A DNA stretch of 62,893 bases from a virus. Lineage: Duplodnaviria > Caudoviricetes. The stretch lies in IMG/VR virus record IMGVR_UViG_3300007735_000776, positions 1-62,893 of that record. One strand, 5' to 3'. A program made the translations under genes and the position numbers. The notes below the pieces were generated by a model. That model was not told the origin of the DNA. It did not search any database and was given only the letters and a program-made list of their open reading frames with translations. This document shows, piece after piece, positions 1 to 9,282 of this stretch (positions are counted from its first letter, which is position 1; every line of letters begins with the position of its first letter).

Positions 1-127
1 CTTTAGCTTGCTTGCGCTGTTGCTCAGCCTGCTTCAACTGCAACTCTTGCATCTGCATCTGGACTAGTGGGTCTTGTGCTTGCTGCTCTGCCTGCTGCTG
101 AGCTACCTGCGCAGAGTTCTGCTGGAA
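1..127. repeat. Exact 127-bp direct repeat of 62767-62893 (circular assembly overlap)
   Basis: The first 127 nt are identical to the last 127 nt. The length matches a common assembler k-mer and the repeat lies inside the portal ORF. Confidence 0.95.
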
Positions 128-2272
128 CAGTTGTTGTGCTGCTTGCGCCAGCATCGGTGCCAACCGTGCCTCGACTTCTGGGTCCATGTGTTTCTCTTCA
201 CCGGACTCATCTTTAGCGGGCGGCAAGTTAAAGCCAAGCTGCAACTCTATCTGCTTGCGATACTCCATACCTAAGTGCTCGTTGATGTGAGCCATCATCG
301 CAGCTTGCATCTGTCCAGCCATCGGGTTGTTCTGCAACAACTGACCAATCATCGGGTCCTGCATAGCCGACATATGGACAGTGATGTGAGCGCGGTGATC
401 TTGGTACTCGAACGCTTTGACAGGCTTACCCATCAATATGTTCTGGTTCTCAGTTACTGGATCAGTTGGCTTCTGGTCCTCATCCATCGGCACAAGTTTC
501 TGTGCGTCCTTAATACCCAGCACGTCTAGCATCTGACGATGTAAGAGCGGCATGTTGTACAGATTAGGAGATGTCTGCGCTAACTGAAGCACTGCTTGGT
601 ACTGGACAATCTTCTGCGCCATAGTGCTGGCGTTGGGGTCTGACACAGGTATGACATCCACGTTGTCATAGTCGCTGCGCTTAGCTCTGCGGTTGCCTTC
701 TTCTGGCTCGTAGTTGTACTCGTCAGGTGTGTAGGCTGCGATGATTTCTTTTAGCAGACCCAGTTCCTGCTTCATGCTGTAGTGCACGCGAGCCTGAACC
801 GCCGACATTGTCTTTAGTGTGCGCTCAAGAATAGCCAGCGTAGTACCTACTGGAGCCTGTGCTGACATGTCACTGATCTGAAGATCAGCGGTATTAGCGA
901 AGCGACGACCTTCCTCGATAATGTTCTGGAACAACAAGAACAAAGTCTGGCTTGGTTCTTTGTACGGCAGTGGCAGCAGGTTATCTCTGATCGACCCACT
1001 CGGCACATCCACATCACGGAACTCACCCGGAGCGATAGGTGTGTCGTCGCCCTTGACTCGCAAACCTCGTGCTTTAAAACCACCCGGCAAGTTAGCTAAC
1101 GTACCTGCATCGACCAACTGACGAATTAGCGATGTGCCTGATTTAGCAAACGCACCGACCAAGTGGATCAGACCAAAATAGTAGAAGCCAAAGCCCGGCA
1201 CGTAGCCGTAGTGCACGAAGTGTTGACGTTTGCGATGTGTATCGTCATCAGGCTCCCAGTTACGACGAATGGCAAGAATCTCTGCTGAGCCCTTCTCAAT
1301 CGTCACAACATAAGGCAGTGCAATGCCTGTTACTTTGCCGTCCTCATCTTTATGCTCGAAGCCTTCTAAGTCCAGCTCGACGTGCATCTCAAGGATTTTG
1401 TAGCGATGATCTGTCGTAGCTCTAAAGCCAAGCTTCTCGGCGATCTTCTTCTCGACCTCATCCAAGATGTTGTTCGGCTCACCGAGGTCTACATCACGAT
1501 AAAAGCCAGCATGCTGCAAGCGCGTCAACTCATTCTCAGTCTTACGCATCACGTGTGTCACACGCTCTGCGGACTCCAAGTCACTCGCGCCATACGGCAC
1601 TACCATATCTTCTGCCGGGACATACATCGACACCTGACGCTCAAGATGCGGGTCAAAGTAAATCTTCTTGAACGCATTACCCGCTAGTCCCAAGCCCCAC
1701 AGCATGCGCTCGTGCTCTGGGCGATACTCTTTCATCACGTCCATCAACTGGTAGTTCATATCCGCCTGCACGCGCTGCGCCGCGTCCTTCTTCTCAGGCG
1801 TTTCTTTACCGATGATCTGTGTCTTAACTGGACCCGCAGCAGGGAACGTAGAGAGCATAGTCTCGGACTGGAACTTCACCAGCGCTTCAGACAGCAGTGG
1901 GTGATACACACCACACGCACCCTCCCACGGCTCGGCACGTTCTTCGAGTTTCATACCCAACAGCTCAAGCCCATCTACGTAAGTCTGTATCCAGTCTTTG
2001 CGGCTAGCGATGTCCTCATCAAAGTCACCAATCAACTCAGACGCGAGTGTTGCCAGCTCTTTCTCGTCGATGTACTCGGCAAGGTTAGCGTTGAAGTCAT
2101 CCTCGGTTTCTTTGGCTGGCTCGATCTCAATCTCAAGCCCATCCATGCCAATTGATACCGACTCCGGGTCCTCAATCTCAATCTCGATGTCCGGTTGAAT
2201 AGATTGCGCAATAGCCAAGTCATTCTCGGTCAGCCCCTCGGGTGCGCGGTTTAGTGCCTTATCAATAGCCAT
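1..2272 (-). CDS. Portal protein, N-terminal part (continues across the join to 62513; ~841 aa total)
   Basis: Missing from the ORF track because it runs off the edge. My translation from ATG 2272 gives MAIDKALNRAPEG...ERAEPWEGACGVYHPLLSEALVKFQSE...GFGFYYFGLIHL...LVDAGTLANLPGGFK, which is P22-like portal sequence. It lies directly downstream of terL. Confidence 0.88.
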   Translation of the reverse strand, partial: MAIDKALNRAPEGLTENDLAIAQSIQPDIEIEIEDPESVSIGMDGLEIEIEPAKETEDDFNANLAEYIDEKELATLASELIGDFDEDIASRKDWIQTYVDGLELLGMKLEERAEPWEGACGVYHPLLSEALVKFQSETMLSTFPAAGPVKTQIIGKETPEKKDAAQRVQADMNYQLMDVMKEYRPEHERMLWGLGLAGNAFKKIYFDPHLERQVSMYVPAEDMVVPYGASDLESAERVTHVMRKTENELTRLQHAGFYRDVDLGEPNNILDEVEKKIAEKLGFRATTDHRYKILEMHVELDLEGFEHKDEDGKVTGIALPYVVTIEKGSAEILAIRRNWEPDDDTHRKRQHFVHYGYVPGFGFYYFGLIHLVGAFAKSGTSLIRQLVDAGTLANLPGGFKARGLRVKGDDTPIAPGEFRDVDVPSGSIRDNLLPLPYKEPSQTLFLLFQNIIEEGRRFANTADLQISDMSAQAPVGTTLAILERTLKTMSAVQARVHYSMKQELGLLKEIIAAYTPDEYNYEPEEGNRRAKRSDYDNVDVIPVSDPNASTMAQKIVQYQAVLQLAQTSPNLYNMPLLHRQMLDVLGIKDAQKLVPMDEDQKPTDPVTENQNILMGKPVKAFEYQDHRAHITVHMSAMQDPMIGQLLQNNPMAGQMQAAMMAHINEHLGMEYRKQIELQLGFNLPPAKDESGEEKHMDPEVEARLAPMLAQAAQQLFQQNSAQVAQQQAEQQAQDPLVQMQMQELQLKQAEQQRKQAK

Positions 2273-2281
2273 GATTAGTCC

Positions 2282-3796
2282 TTAATAGAACGGCTGGTTG
2301 CGCCGCTTGAAAAATGGTTGTTCCTCGTCCTCATCCAAGAGGGTGCGTATGTATCCACCACGCCTAAATCGCATCAATGCCAAAGACACCGAGTCAACAT
2401 AGTCGTCATGCTCCCCCGCAGGGAAGCTTGCTACCTCATCAATAACTTCTTCTGCCCACTGTGTGTTGGGTGCCCAGACACGGCCTGACGCGAACAGGTC
2501 AGACACCGCATTAAGTCTTGAAATCTTGTCGTTACCCCTGACCGGCGTGAACTCCTGTACCGGTATACCCATCGCTCTCATCTCGTAGATGAGTGGGGCA
2601 CCTGACGCCTTTTTCTCCACAATGATCGAATCGGGCTCCCACTCCTTACACTCCTCAATAGCTTTCTTTTTAAGCGCTGGAAACTCAAGACGATCCCTAA
2701 ACGCATTGAGGAGGATGATATTGGCTTGTTTGACACCGGTATCGTCGTCCATATAAAAGACGCCCCACGTGGTGCAGGCGCTATAGTCAGCACGGTTAGT
2801 TTTTTCAAACGCCGTATCCCAAGCTTGCAGCACAAAATCACAATATGGCGGGTTATCCTCTTCCCATATCTGCCACCATTCACGTTTGACGATAGCAGAG
2901 GACTCAGATGTGGGGTTCTGCTGGTACTGAGCCATCCATTTAGCGTTGGGAAGCTCGTTTTTTAGCGCCTCTAATTCTTTTTTAGACCAAAACTGAGGCC
3001 AAAGCGGTTGGCCTGACTCAAAAAGCGCCGGAAACTCGATCACTTCCCACTCTTCACCACTTCTTTGGGCTGCGGACTTCAAAACTTGGCCTGTTAAGTC
3101 CTTTTTAGACCATCTCGTCATCACTATGACGATGGCTCCCCCCGGTTGCAGACGCTGACGAGGGCCAGATGTGTACCACTCGTAGGTCTTATCGTAGATT
3201 TCGGGGTTCACTTCGGCAAGTGCTGCCTCTTGTTCGCTATGTGGATCGTCAATAATGAGCAAATCAGCGCCCTTACCGGTAACAGCACCGCCGACACCAA
3301 TAGCAAAGTACTCACCAGCGTAATTTGTAGCCCAACGCCCAGCGGCTTTCGAGTCTGCTTGTAGCGCAACATCGGGAAAAAGGTCCTTATAACGGTCTGA
3401 GTCCACTAAGTTACGAACTTTTCGACCAAAACCTACCGCTAATTCAGCAGTGTGGGAGGTCTGGATCACTTTTTTGCTAGGAAATTTTCCCAAAAACCAA
3501 CTCGGCAATAAATACGACGCAAACTCCGACTTAGTGTGACGTGGCGGCATGTTGATAATCAGGCGTTTTACCTTGCCTTCTGCCACCCGCTCGAACGCAC
3601 GTGCCATCTTCTCGTGATGTCTGCCGTGGATGAAGTTAGGCCAGACGTACTTCACGTACTCCATGAAGTTACTTTTAGCGACATCCTGCGCTTTAGCTCG
3701 CCGGGCCTCGGCGATGAGTGCCCCGACCTTCTGTTGTACAGCCGGTGGCAGGTTGGGGAGAGCCTCTTGTGCTTTACGAAGGAGTTCCGGACTCAT
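2282..3796 (-). CDS. terL: Terminase large subunit
   Basis: NMPPRHTKS Walker A variant, LLIIDDP Walker B, QAWDTA and HDDYVDS RNase H-like nuclease motifs. Start trimmed to ATG 3796. Confidence 0.95.
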   Translation of the reverse strand: MSPELLRKAQEALPNLPPAVQQKVGALIAEARRAKAQDVAKSNFMEYVKYVWPNFIHGRHHEKMARAFERVAEGKVKRLIINMPPRHTKSEFASYLLPSWFLGKFPSKKVIQTSHTAELAVGFGRKVRNLVDSDRYKDLFPDVALQADSKAAGRWATNYAGEYFAIGVGGAVTGKGADLLIIDDPHSEQEAALAEVNPEIYDKTYEWYTSGPRQRLQPGGAIVIVMTRWSKKDLTGQVLKSAAQRSGEEWEVIEFPALFESGQPLWPQFWSKKELEALKNELPNAKWMAQYQQNPTSESSAIVKREWWQIWEEDNPPYCDFVLQAWDTAFEKTNRADYSACTTWGVFYMDDDTGVKQANIILLNAFRDRLEFPALKKKAIEECKEWEPDSIIVEKKASGAPLIYEMRAMGIPVQEFTPVRGNDKISRLNAVSDLFASGRVWAPNTQWAEEVIDEVASFPAGEHDDYVDSVSLALMRFRRGGYIRTLLDEDEEQPFFKRRNQPFY

Positions 3797-4370
3797 CCGT
3801 ATCCCCCGACTCACCAAGCTCCTCATCGATATCGATGTCGGCAATACTCTTAGGAGCGTCTTCCTTAAACGTCACATCGGTAACACCGCCGTACAGCTCT
3901 AACGTCTTCATCAAATCCGTCTCAATATCTTGTACGGTGCGATGCGTAATGTTGATGTCAATGCGTTCAGAGAACAAGCCAACACCTGCAATCCGCCCTA
4001 AGTTTTCCAGTGCCTTCATGCGCTGGCGAGGATCAGGGTCAACGGACTCAACGAGCAACTTGTTGGTCACGTAATTTCTAAGACGGCGGGATACGTCCAG
4101 CACCTCTTGGTCCCATTCATCAAGAATGGCTTCCAGATTCAGTATGGTGCCGGGGGTTAGCTGTTTGGCAGAAGGAATCTTTTTGGTAGCGAAGATTTCG
4201 TGGGACTTCGCCTTGTCGTCGGGAGTGATGTCTACTTGCGCCCCTTGGCTTATAAGTTCTTGGACTGTTTCAAAGAGGGCGTGCGCCTTCTGACGAAAGT
4301 CGTCGATTTCCTCCGGCGTGGTGTCGAAGGGAAGTGGGATACCCACTTCAGGCGTTGCGAGTATAGGCAT
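3774..4370 (-). CDS. Probable terminase small subunit
   Basis: Immediately upstream of and overlapping terL; helical with an acidic C-terminus; contains RMKALENLG. Confidence 0.6.
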   Translation of the reverse strand: MPILATPEVGIPLPFDTTPEEIDDFRQKAHALFETVQELISQGAQVDITPDDKAKSHEIFATKKIPSAKQLTPGTILNLEAILDEWDQEVLDVSRRLRNYVTNKLLVESVDPDPRQRMKALENLGRIAGVGLFSERIDINITHRTVQDIETDLMKTLELYGGVTDVTFKEDAPKSIADIDIDEELGESGDTDESGTPS

Positions 4371-4405
4371 GTGTTCCGTAGCGTTTGTGGCCCAGATTGT
4401 CCGCG

Positions 4406-4434
4406 AAGATAAACACCTTGTATAAATTTGTCAA
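4406..4434 (-). promoter_or_regulatory. Sigma70-type promoter for the late (- strand) arm
   Basis: TTGACA (4434-4429), 17 nt, TATCTT (4411-4406), about 35 nt upstream of the terS start. Confidence 0.7.
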
Positions 4435-4692
4435 TGTATATACCCCGACATTGCGCATAGGACCCAAAAATGCAACGGGGGGTGTTTCTATAAAAGTATA
4501 TGCCTTAGACCGTATAAATTTTGAGGTGGGGCACCCCCTATGTCTATCCTTGACGTCTTGTTAATAAAACAACAAGCTGAAGGTGCCCCTGACTCATTGT
4601 AATGCGATTTGGGATTTTGTTATCTGATGTGCAAATTACTAAGGCATGGCAGGCGATGGTACCAAATCCAGAAATCGGGGGGTGGGGTGTCG

Positions 4693-4710
4693 TATTAACA
4701 GCTGTTAATA
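4693..4710. promoter_or_regulatory. Perfect 18-bp palindrome TATTAACAGCTGTTAATA, first of 11 TTAACAnnTGTTAA sites
   Basis: Seen directly. Further copies start at 4873, 5659, 6212, 6901, 8123, 9266, 10638, 11543, 12615 and 13183. Confidence 0.8.
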
Positions 4711-4741
4711 AATCGAATGGTGTACCCTGTCAAAAAATGCT

Positions 4742-4770
4742 TTGATTATTCGAACACTCCGCTATATTAG
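4742..4770 (+). promoter_or_regulatory. Putative early promoter
   Basis: TTGATT at 4742 followed by TATATT/TATTAG at 4763-4770, a hairpin at about 4775-4795 and a GGAGG RBS before ATG 4822. Confidence 0.45.
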
Positions 4771-4821
4771 AACCATGTCGAGCGCATCTCGGCATAACTA
4801 ATCTAAACAACGGAGGAAATT

Positions 4822-5325
4822 ATGAAATACGAAACACTTACCAAAAACGTAATCGACGCGGTTCGCAACGAGTTAACAGGTGTTAATAAATGGCAAGTCG
4901 CGGGAACTAGCGTGCGCGAGTTCTACGGCACTGAAACGGCACTGACCGAAGTCAAGGCGCAATTCATTGCGGATGCCATCTTGCCAGCGCTCGACAAAAA
5001 ACACGCCACTGCACTCGCCGCCGAGTTACCTCGTAAGGGTAGCAAAGAATATAACGCGCTCGATGCCGCTGGGGTTGCCAAGTGGGAAATTCAGAATCAA
5101 GCGAAAAAAGATGCGCGCTCGACTGCGGCGACGATGTTCTCGCGCATCGTTGGCTACGCTTTCCCGAAAGAAAAAACCGAGAGCGCACCGAAATCGCTTG
5201 AGACTAAATTGCTCGAACTTATCAACGATGCAATTGGCAAAATTGAAAAGGCTGAAAGTCCCGAGTTCGATGCACTCGCGGCACTGACCCACTTGCGCGG
5301 CGCGGTTTCAATCATTGCCAAGTAA
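4822..5325 (+). CDS. Hypothetical protein, first early gene
   Basis: 167-aa ORF with a strong RBS (GGAGGAAATTATG). No family recognised. Confidence 0.8.
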   Translation: MKYETLTKNVIDAVRNELTGVNKWQVAGTSVREFYGTETALTEVKAQFIADAILPALDKKHATALAAELPRKGSKEYNALDAAGVAKWEIQNQAKKDARSTAATMFSRIVGYAFPKEKTESAPKSLETKLLELINDAIGKIEKAESPEFDALAALTHLRGAVSIIAK

Positions 5326-5331
5326 TCACTC

Positions 5332-5349
5332 GCCCCCCGCAAGGGGGGC
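5332..5349 (+). other. GC hairpin GCCCCCC-GCAA-GGGGGGC without a U-tract
   Basis: 7-bp stem with a GNRA tetraloop between genes; possibly an mRNA stabiliser or processing site. Confidence 0.5.
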
Positions 5350-5369
5350 ATCACTCAAGGGAAAATGAA

Positions 5370-5546
5370 ATGCACCACACAATCACTCTGGAATTCGACG
5401 GCATCGAGCGGCGCTATGAAACTCAGTCTTACAACGATGCAATCGTTTTAGTTGACGCATTAACAAGAATTCATTCCGGCGCTCGTGTTTGTCTGTTAGA
5501 TCAGCATGGTCACGAAACCTACGTTTATGATCCGCACTTCGCATAA
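5370..5546 (+). CDS. Small hypothetical protein (58 aa, MHHTITLEFDG...)
   Basis: My translation. AAGGGA RBS upstream; ends just before a terminator. Confidence 0.65.
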   Translation: MHHTITLEFDGIERRYETQSYNDAIVLVDALTRIHSGARVCLLDQHGHETYVYDPHFA

Positions 5547-5564
5547 CCAACCTTGCCCCACTCG

Positions 5565-5590
5565 CCCCGACTTCGGTCGGGGTTTTTTAT
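5565..5590 (+). terminator. Rho-independent terminator
   Basis: CCCCGAC-TTCG-GTCGGGG followed by TTTTTTAT. Confidence 0.9.
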
Positions 5591-5694
5591 TGTCCGCTGT
5601 TTCCATCATCTTTGATGATAGTAGCTGTAGCTGATGAAGATGATGATGCAACAACTTATTAACAGGTGTTAATGCGGATGAGGCACAGCGCAGC

Positions 5695-6030
5695 GTGTTC
5701 CAAGCAGGGCAGACCTTTGTTCCGTTTGTTCCAGCTTTGTTCCGTTCGCTGGAACAGCCAAAACCGTTGGTACGCCTACGTTTTGAGGCTTTTTTATATG
5801 TTTGTTCCATTGTTCCACATATATATAACACCTTCCCAAAAATTCTTTTTCACTTTACATTGTTAAGTATGGGATTCTCCCTGCCTTCGTGACTTCGTCG
5901 GCAGGTGTATTTTTGCGGAACATGGAACAGAACCCACAACCAATCACGCAACACGTTGATTTTAAATACATTTCGTGCGTTTTAAAACGCGGAACAAAGC
6001 CAGAACAAGCGGAACAAAACATGGAACAGG
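5695..6030. repeat. Nested inverted-repeat locus of TGTTCC/GGAACA units (candidate replication origin)
   Basis: 30-bp imperfect inverted repeat 5715-5744 vs 5990-6019, inner inverted repeat 5803-5816 vs 5917-5929, and an AT-rich core. Confidence 0.65.
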
Positions 6031-6037
6031 AGAACAC

Positions 6038-6250
6038 GTGACAACAAACACGAAATTTTGTCGCTTATGTGGTAGCTCAATTACTCCACCTGAGCGACGT
6101 TCCATAACATCTTTGTGTATGACGTGTGGAGAAGCAGAAGCGCGGAAGGTAAAGCACTGCATAGTTCCGATGCACAAGTCGAACTATATTGCAGTTTTCG
6201 ACAAAGATGTATTAACAGGTGTTAATCAAAAGGGAGGAATCGTCAAATGA
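6038..6250 (+). CDS. C4 zinc-finger protein (DksA/TraR-like)
   Basis: GTG start after AGGAGA. CRLCG..I...R......LCMTC spacing is typical of DksA/TraR zinc fingers. Confidence 0.55.
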   Translation: MTTNTKFCRLCGSSITPPERRSITSLCMTCGEAEARKVKHCIVPMHKSNYIAVFDKDVLTGVNQKGGIVK

Positions 6251-6417
6251 AGTACAAAGGCATAGTGAAATTCACCTACATCCAAATGATCGAGGTAGAA
6301 GCTGCAACCCAAGAGAGTGCGCAGGAGATCATCTGGGAAAAACTCGATAGGTCAAGAGCGGTGGAGGATGGGGTCGAACTCTACGATATATGGGAGGTTA
6401 CTGATGGACAGGTTTGA
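6247..6417 (+). CDS. Small acidic hypothetical protein (56 aa)
   Basis: My translation MKYKGIVKFTYIQMIEVEAA...; ATGA coupling and GGAGG RBS. Confidence 0.65.
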   Translation: MKYKGIVKFTYIQMIEVEAATQESAQEIIWEKLDRSRAVEDGVELYDIWEVTDGQV

Positions 6418-6490
6418 CGTTGTTGGCTTGATATGTTTTTGTATGCTAATCGTGATGCTGTTTGCTGAATACATGGAGTTACTCGAATGA
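6404..6490 (+). CDS. Small single-pass membrane peptide (28 aa)
   Basis: MDRFDVVGLICFCMLIVMLFAEYMELLE; GGAGG RBS; ATGA overlap with the next gene. Confidence 0.5.
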   Translation: MDRFDVVGLICFCMLIVMLFAEYMELLE

Positions 6491-6693
6491 AACTAATTAA
6501 CCGCAAGACAGGTAAAGAGGTGCAGATTGGCGACACCCTGATCCGCAAGAACTACAAAGGTTTCAAGCATCGGTTCGAGGTGCTTGCGATTGGCAAAGAG
6601 TTGATCCACGTCAGAAAGTTGGGTGCAGATGACCAGTGGATTTACTTGAACGTGCATCCCGAATCCTTGCAGTTGGATTGGGTGTTGGTGTGA
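6487..6693 (+). CDS. Hypothetical protein (small beta-rich domain)
   Basis: 68-aa ORF, translationally coupled. Confidence 0.7.
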   Translation: MKLINRKTGKEVQIGDTLIRKNYKGFKHRFEVLAIGKELIHVRKLGADDQWIYLNVHPESLQLDWVLV

Positions 6694-6748
6694 AAACAAG
6701 TTGGTAGAAGTTAATTTAGGTACGTTTTAACGGACACAAGGAGGGTCT

Positions 6749-6904
6749 ATGACTGAAGCAGAATGGGATGAGCATATCGATGCGCTGTACGCGCGGTGGG
6801 TGGCAGACAACGAGGCGTATGCGTTCGAGGACAACTACGAGCCGTTTGAGATTAAAACGCAACCGCAGAAATCAAACGATGAACTACTTACCAAAACAAG
6901 TTAA
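6749..6904 (+). CDS. Small acidic, aromatic-rich hypothetical protein (51 aa)
   Basis: My translation MTEAEWDEHIDALYARWVADNEAYAFEDNYEPF...; GGAGG RBS; the stop codon is supplied by the palindromic motif. Confidence 0.55.
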   Translation: MTEAEWDEHIDALYARWVADNEAYAFEDNYEPFEIKTQPQKSNDELLTKTS

Positions 6905-6917
6905 CAGGAGTTAATAA

Positions 6918-7790
6918 ATGCGAAATTACTACCAAGACTACAAGAACCTGCACGACTCGATCACACCGATACGTGGCAGGGCGGTTGACGTGCGGCCCAT
7001 CGGAGAGCGCAGGAGGGATTGGGAAACCATACGTATGGATGGAGATGTTGTGGCATGCCGCCTACACAACACGGACGTGGTGCGCTACTACCCAGATGGC
7101 AAAATCGGGTTGCAATGCGATGGCTGGCACACCCCATCAACGGCAGACTTCATGCACATCCACTCGCCGTGGTCATGCTTCAAACGGAACAATAAGTTGT
7201 GGGTGATGGCGCGTAACGAGGAACAGAAAGCCATGCACTACCCCATACCCAACAAGGGAGAGATTGTGTTTGAGCGTATACCCGATGCACTGCACAGTGG
7301 TTGGCGCCCCGTCGGAGATATTGTCGTGGAGAAACGTGTTGTCAATCGTGCGAAAGCAAGGGAAGCGCGGACACCATACCAACCGTTCCTGCAATGGGCT
7401 AAGACATTCTTAAAGATGTCCGATGGTTGGATCATGCACGAGACTAGGAAGCAGGTGCTACCGATGGAGAGGAACTACTTTCAGTATGACAAGTACCCTG
7501 ATGCGAAGGTGATGGAGTTAACTAGATCGGGCGATGACATGCGGTACTTGGAGGCTTTGTGTGTGCTGCTAACAAGCGGGGCGATAGAAAAGCGGGTTGC
7601 GGAGGTGATCCAGCCGGAGCCAATGATTATTCAAGGAGTTAACTACGCGATACCAACAACCCACTACGACTTGCGGTACGACTACGAGTCACTACGCACA
7701 CGCCTATACAAGATGGTGGAGAAGGTGTCGGAGATACATGACAGGGTGCGCGTGGGTGTGTCCGAGCGTGCCCAAACGAACGTGGTGTAA
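6918..7790 (+). CDS. Hypothetical protein (290 aa)
   Basis: Long ORF; its AGGAG RBS is embedded in the palindromic motif. Confidence 0.85.
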   Translation: MRNYYQDYKNLHDSITPIRGRAVDVRPIGERRRDWETIRMDGDVVACRLHNTDVVRYYPDGKIGLQCDGWHTPSTADFMHIHSPWSCFKRNNKLWVMARNEEQKAMHYPIPNKGEIVFERIPDALHSGWRPVGDIVVEKRVVNRAKAREARTPYQPFLQWAKTFLKMSDGWIMHETRKQVLPMERNYFQYDKYPDAKVMELTRSGDDMRYLEALCVLLTSGAIEKRVAEVIQPEPMIIQGVNYAIPTTHYDLRYDYESLRTRLYKMVEKVSEIHDRVRVGVSERAQTNVV

Positions 7791-7794
7791 AAGC

Positions 7795-7823
7795 TTGACA
7801 ACCAGTAACAGTTATGTTATAAT
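7795..7823 (+). promoter_or_regulatory. Consensus sigma70 promoter
   Basis: TTGACA, 17 nt, TATAAT, with an extended -10 TG. Confidence 0.9.
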
Positions 7824-7897
7824 ATGTCTTACAGTGGTAGTAGCGAGAAGTAAACCAGCGGTACTTGCGAAGCAACATCAACTAAAAGGAGAAACAA

Positions 7898-8995
7898 ATG
7901 AGTGCAATCAACTTTGGTCATTCCGTATCTTTGCAGGAGTTCTCGAAAGCAATCGGGCAGGTAGGGCGTAGTGTCACCATCATCGGACAGGGCGAGCCGG
8001 GCATTGGCAAGTCTGCCATGCTGAAAGTTCTTTCCAAGCAACACCCAGACTACGCAACGGCGTACATCGACTGCACCCTGCTGGACTTGGGCGACTTTGC
8101 CCTGCCATATACAGAGAGCGTATTAACAGATGTTAATACAGAGGGCAGCGTCACGAAGATCACTAAGTTCGCACCAAACGCACGGTTCAAGATGCACGAG
8201 GGCAAGCCGGTGATCGTGATGCTTGACGAGATCGGCAAGGCAATGAAGGCGGTCAAGAATGTGCTGCTGACTTTGATGCTGGAGCACAGGATCGGTGACC
8301 ACTATCTGCCCGAGGGTAGCATCGTGTTCGGTACTACAAACTTGTTGACAGATGGTGTTGGTGACATGCTCGAAGCTCATGCAAGGAATCGTGTGTGCTT
8401 TGTGACCGTGCGCAAGCCTGATGCAGACGAGTGGATCGAGTGGGCAATCAGTAACAACATTGATCCAACCATCATCGCGTGGGTCAAGCAGTTCCCGCAT
8501 GCACTGGCAAGCTATACCGACGGATCGCAGAAGGAGAACCCATACATATTCAACCCGACGCGTGCCGGTAACGGTGCGGTGGTTACACCAAGAAGTTTGG
8601 AGAAGGCATCGAACATCGCTAAGCAACGTGGCGAACTAGGTGACGCACTAACAATCAGTCTACTCACAGGCACTATTGGTGAGAGCGCAGCGCGTGACAT
8701 GCAAGCCTTCTTTACTGTGGTGGACAAGCTGCCGACATGGGATGCCATCCTGAATGATCCGAAGAACGCGAAGCTGCCGGACGATACGGTTGCCAAATGT
8801 ATCTTGGTGTTCTCTGCGGTGACACGTGTGACTAAGGATACGTTGGACAAGTGGATGGGTTACATGCAGCGCATGGACATGGAGTGGCAAGCCTTGTTCG
8901 CAACGAGCGTGATGAAGTCCACTGACAAGCAGTCGTTCTGTGTCATGAACAAAGAGTTCAAGGACTGGGCACTGAAGAATCAGTGGTTGTTCTGA
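7898..8995 (+). CDS. AAA+ ATPase (MoxR/dynein-related type)
   Basis: GEPGIGKS Walker A, VMLDE Walker B, sensor TN, R-finger NR, and TPRS motif. Confidence 0.9.
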   Translation: MSAINFGHSVSLQEFSKAIGQVGRSVTIIGQGEPGIGKSAMLKVLSKQHPDYATAYIDCTLLDLGDFALPYTESVLTDVNTEGSVTKITKFAPNARFKMHEGKPVIVMLDEIGKAMKAVKNVLLTLMLEHRIGDHYLPEGSIVFGTTNLLTDGVGDMLEAHARNRVCFVTVRKPDADEWIEWAISNNIDPTIIAWVKQFPHALASYTDGSQKENPYIFNPTRAGNGAVVTPRSLEKASNIAKQRGELGDALTISLLTGTIGESAARDMQAFFTVVDKLPTWDAILNDPKNAKLPDDTVAKCILVFSAVTRVTKDTLDKWMGYMQRMDMEWQALFATSVMKSTDKQSFCVMNKEFKDWALKNQWLF

Positions 8996-8996
8996 T

Positions 8997-9269
8997 ATGT
9001 GGAACCTGAAAGCGGGTGGGTTTGATACTGCGCTGGAATTGTTTGGAAGCGATAGTTTTATCGTGCAAGCACTTTCGATTCTTCCAAGGTATCAAGTCGA
9101 GGTGATGAAATTCTCAAGCGTGGAAGGAAACAAGTTTAGGATTATTCGTCTTGAGGATGACCCATCAACACCGAAACATGTACCTCGCAAAGTGTTGCTT
9201 GCTGAGTTCGATGATGCAAATGAGTTTGTTGCAATGGCGAGATTGATCTTGGCAAGTGAAACAAATTAA
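8997..9269 (+). CDS. Hypothetical protein
   Basis: 90-aa ORF filling the gap between the ATPase and vWA genes. Confidence 0.65.
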   Translation: MWNLKAGGFDTALELFGSDSFIVQALSILPRYQVEVMKFSSVEGNKFRIIRLEDDPSTPKHVPRKVLLAEFDDANEFVAMARLILASETN

Positions 9270-9282
9270 CAGGAGTTAATAA

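Noticed and set aside
74-2198. + strand ORFs listed in the track over 74-2198, and most other short antisense or overlapping ORFs
   Set aside because: They are shadows of real genes on the opposite strand or in another frame, with no RBS or protein-like motifs.
5600-5650. CTGATGA as a hammerhead ribozyme core
   Set aside because: There is no correctly placed GAAA or three-stem architecture, only a CATCATCTT/AAGATGATG inverted repeat.
5728-6006. GTTC-N7-GTTC (5728-42) and GAAC-N7-GAAC (5992-6006) as alphaproteobacterial LexA boxes
   Set aside because: They are expected by chance within the dense GTTCC/GGAAC repeats, and no promoter overlap or CI-like context is evident.
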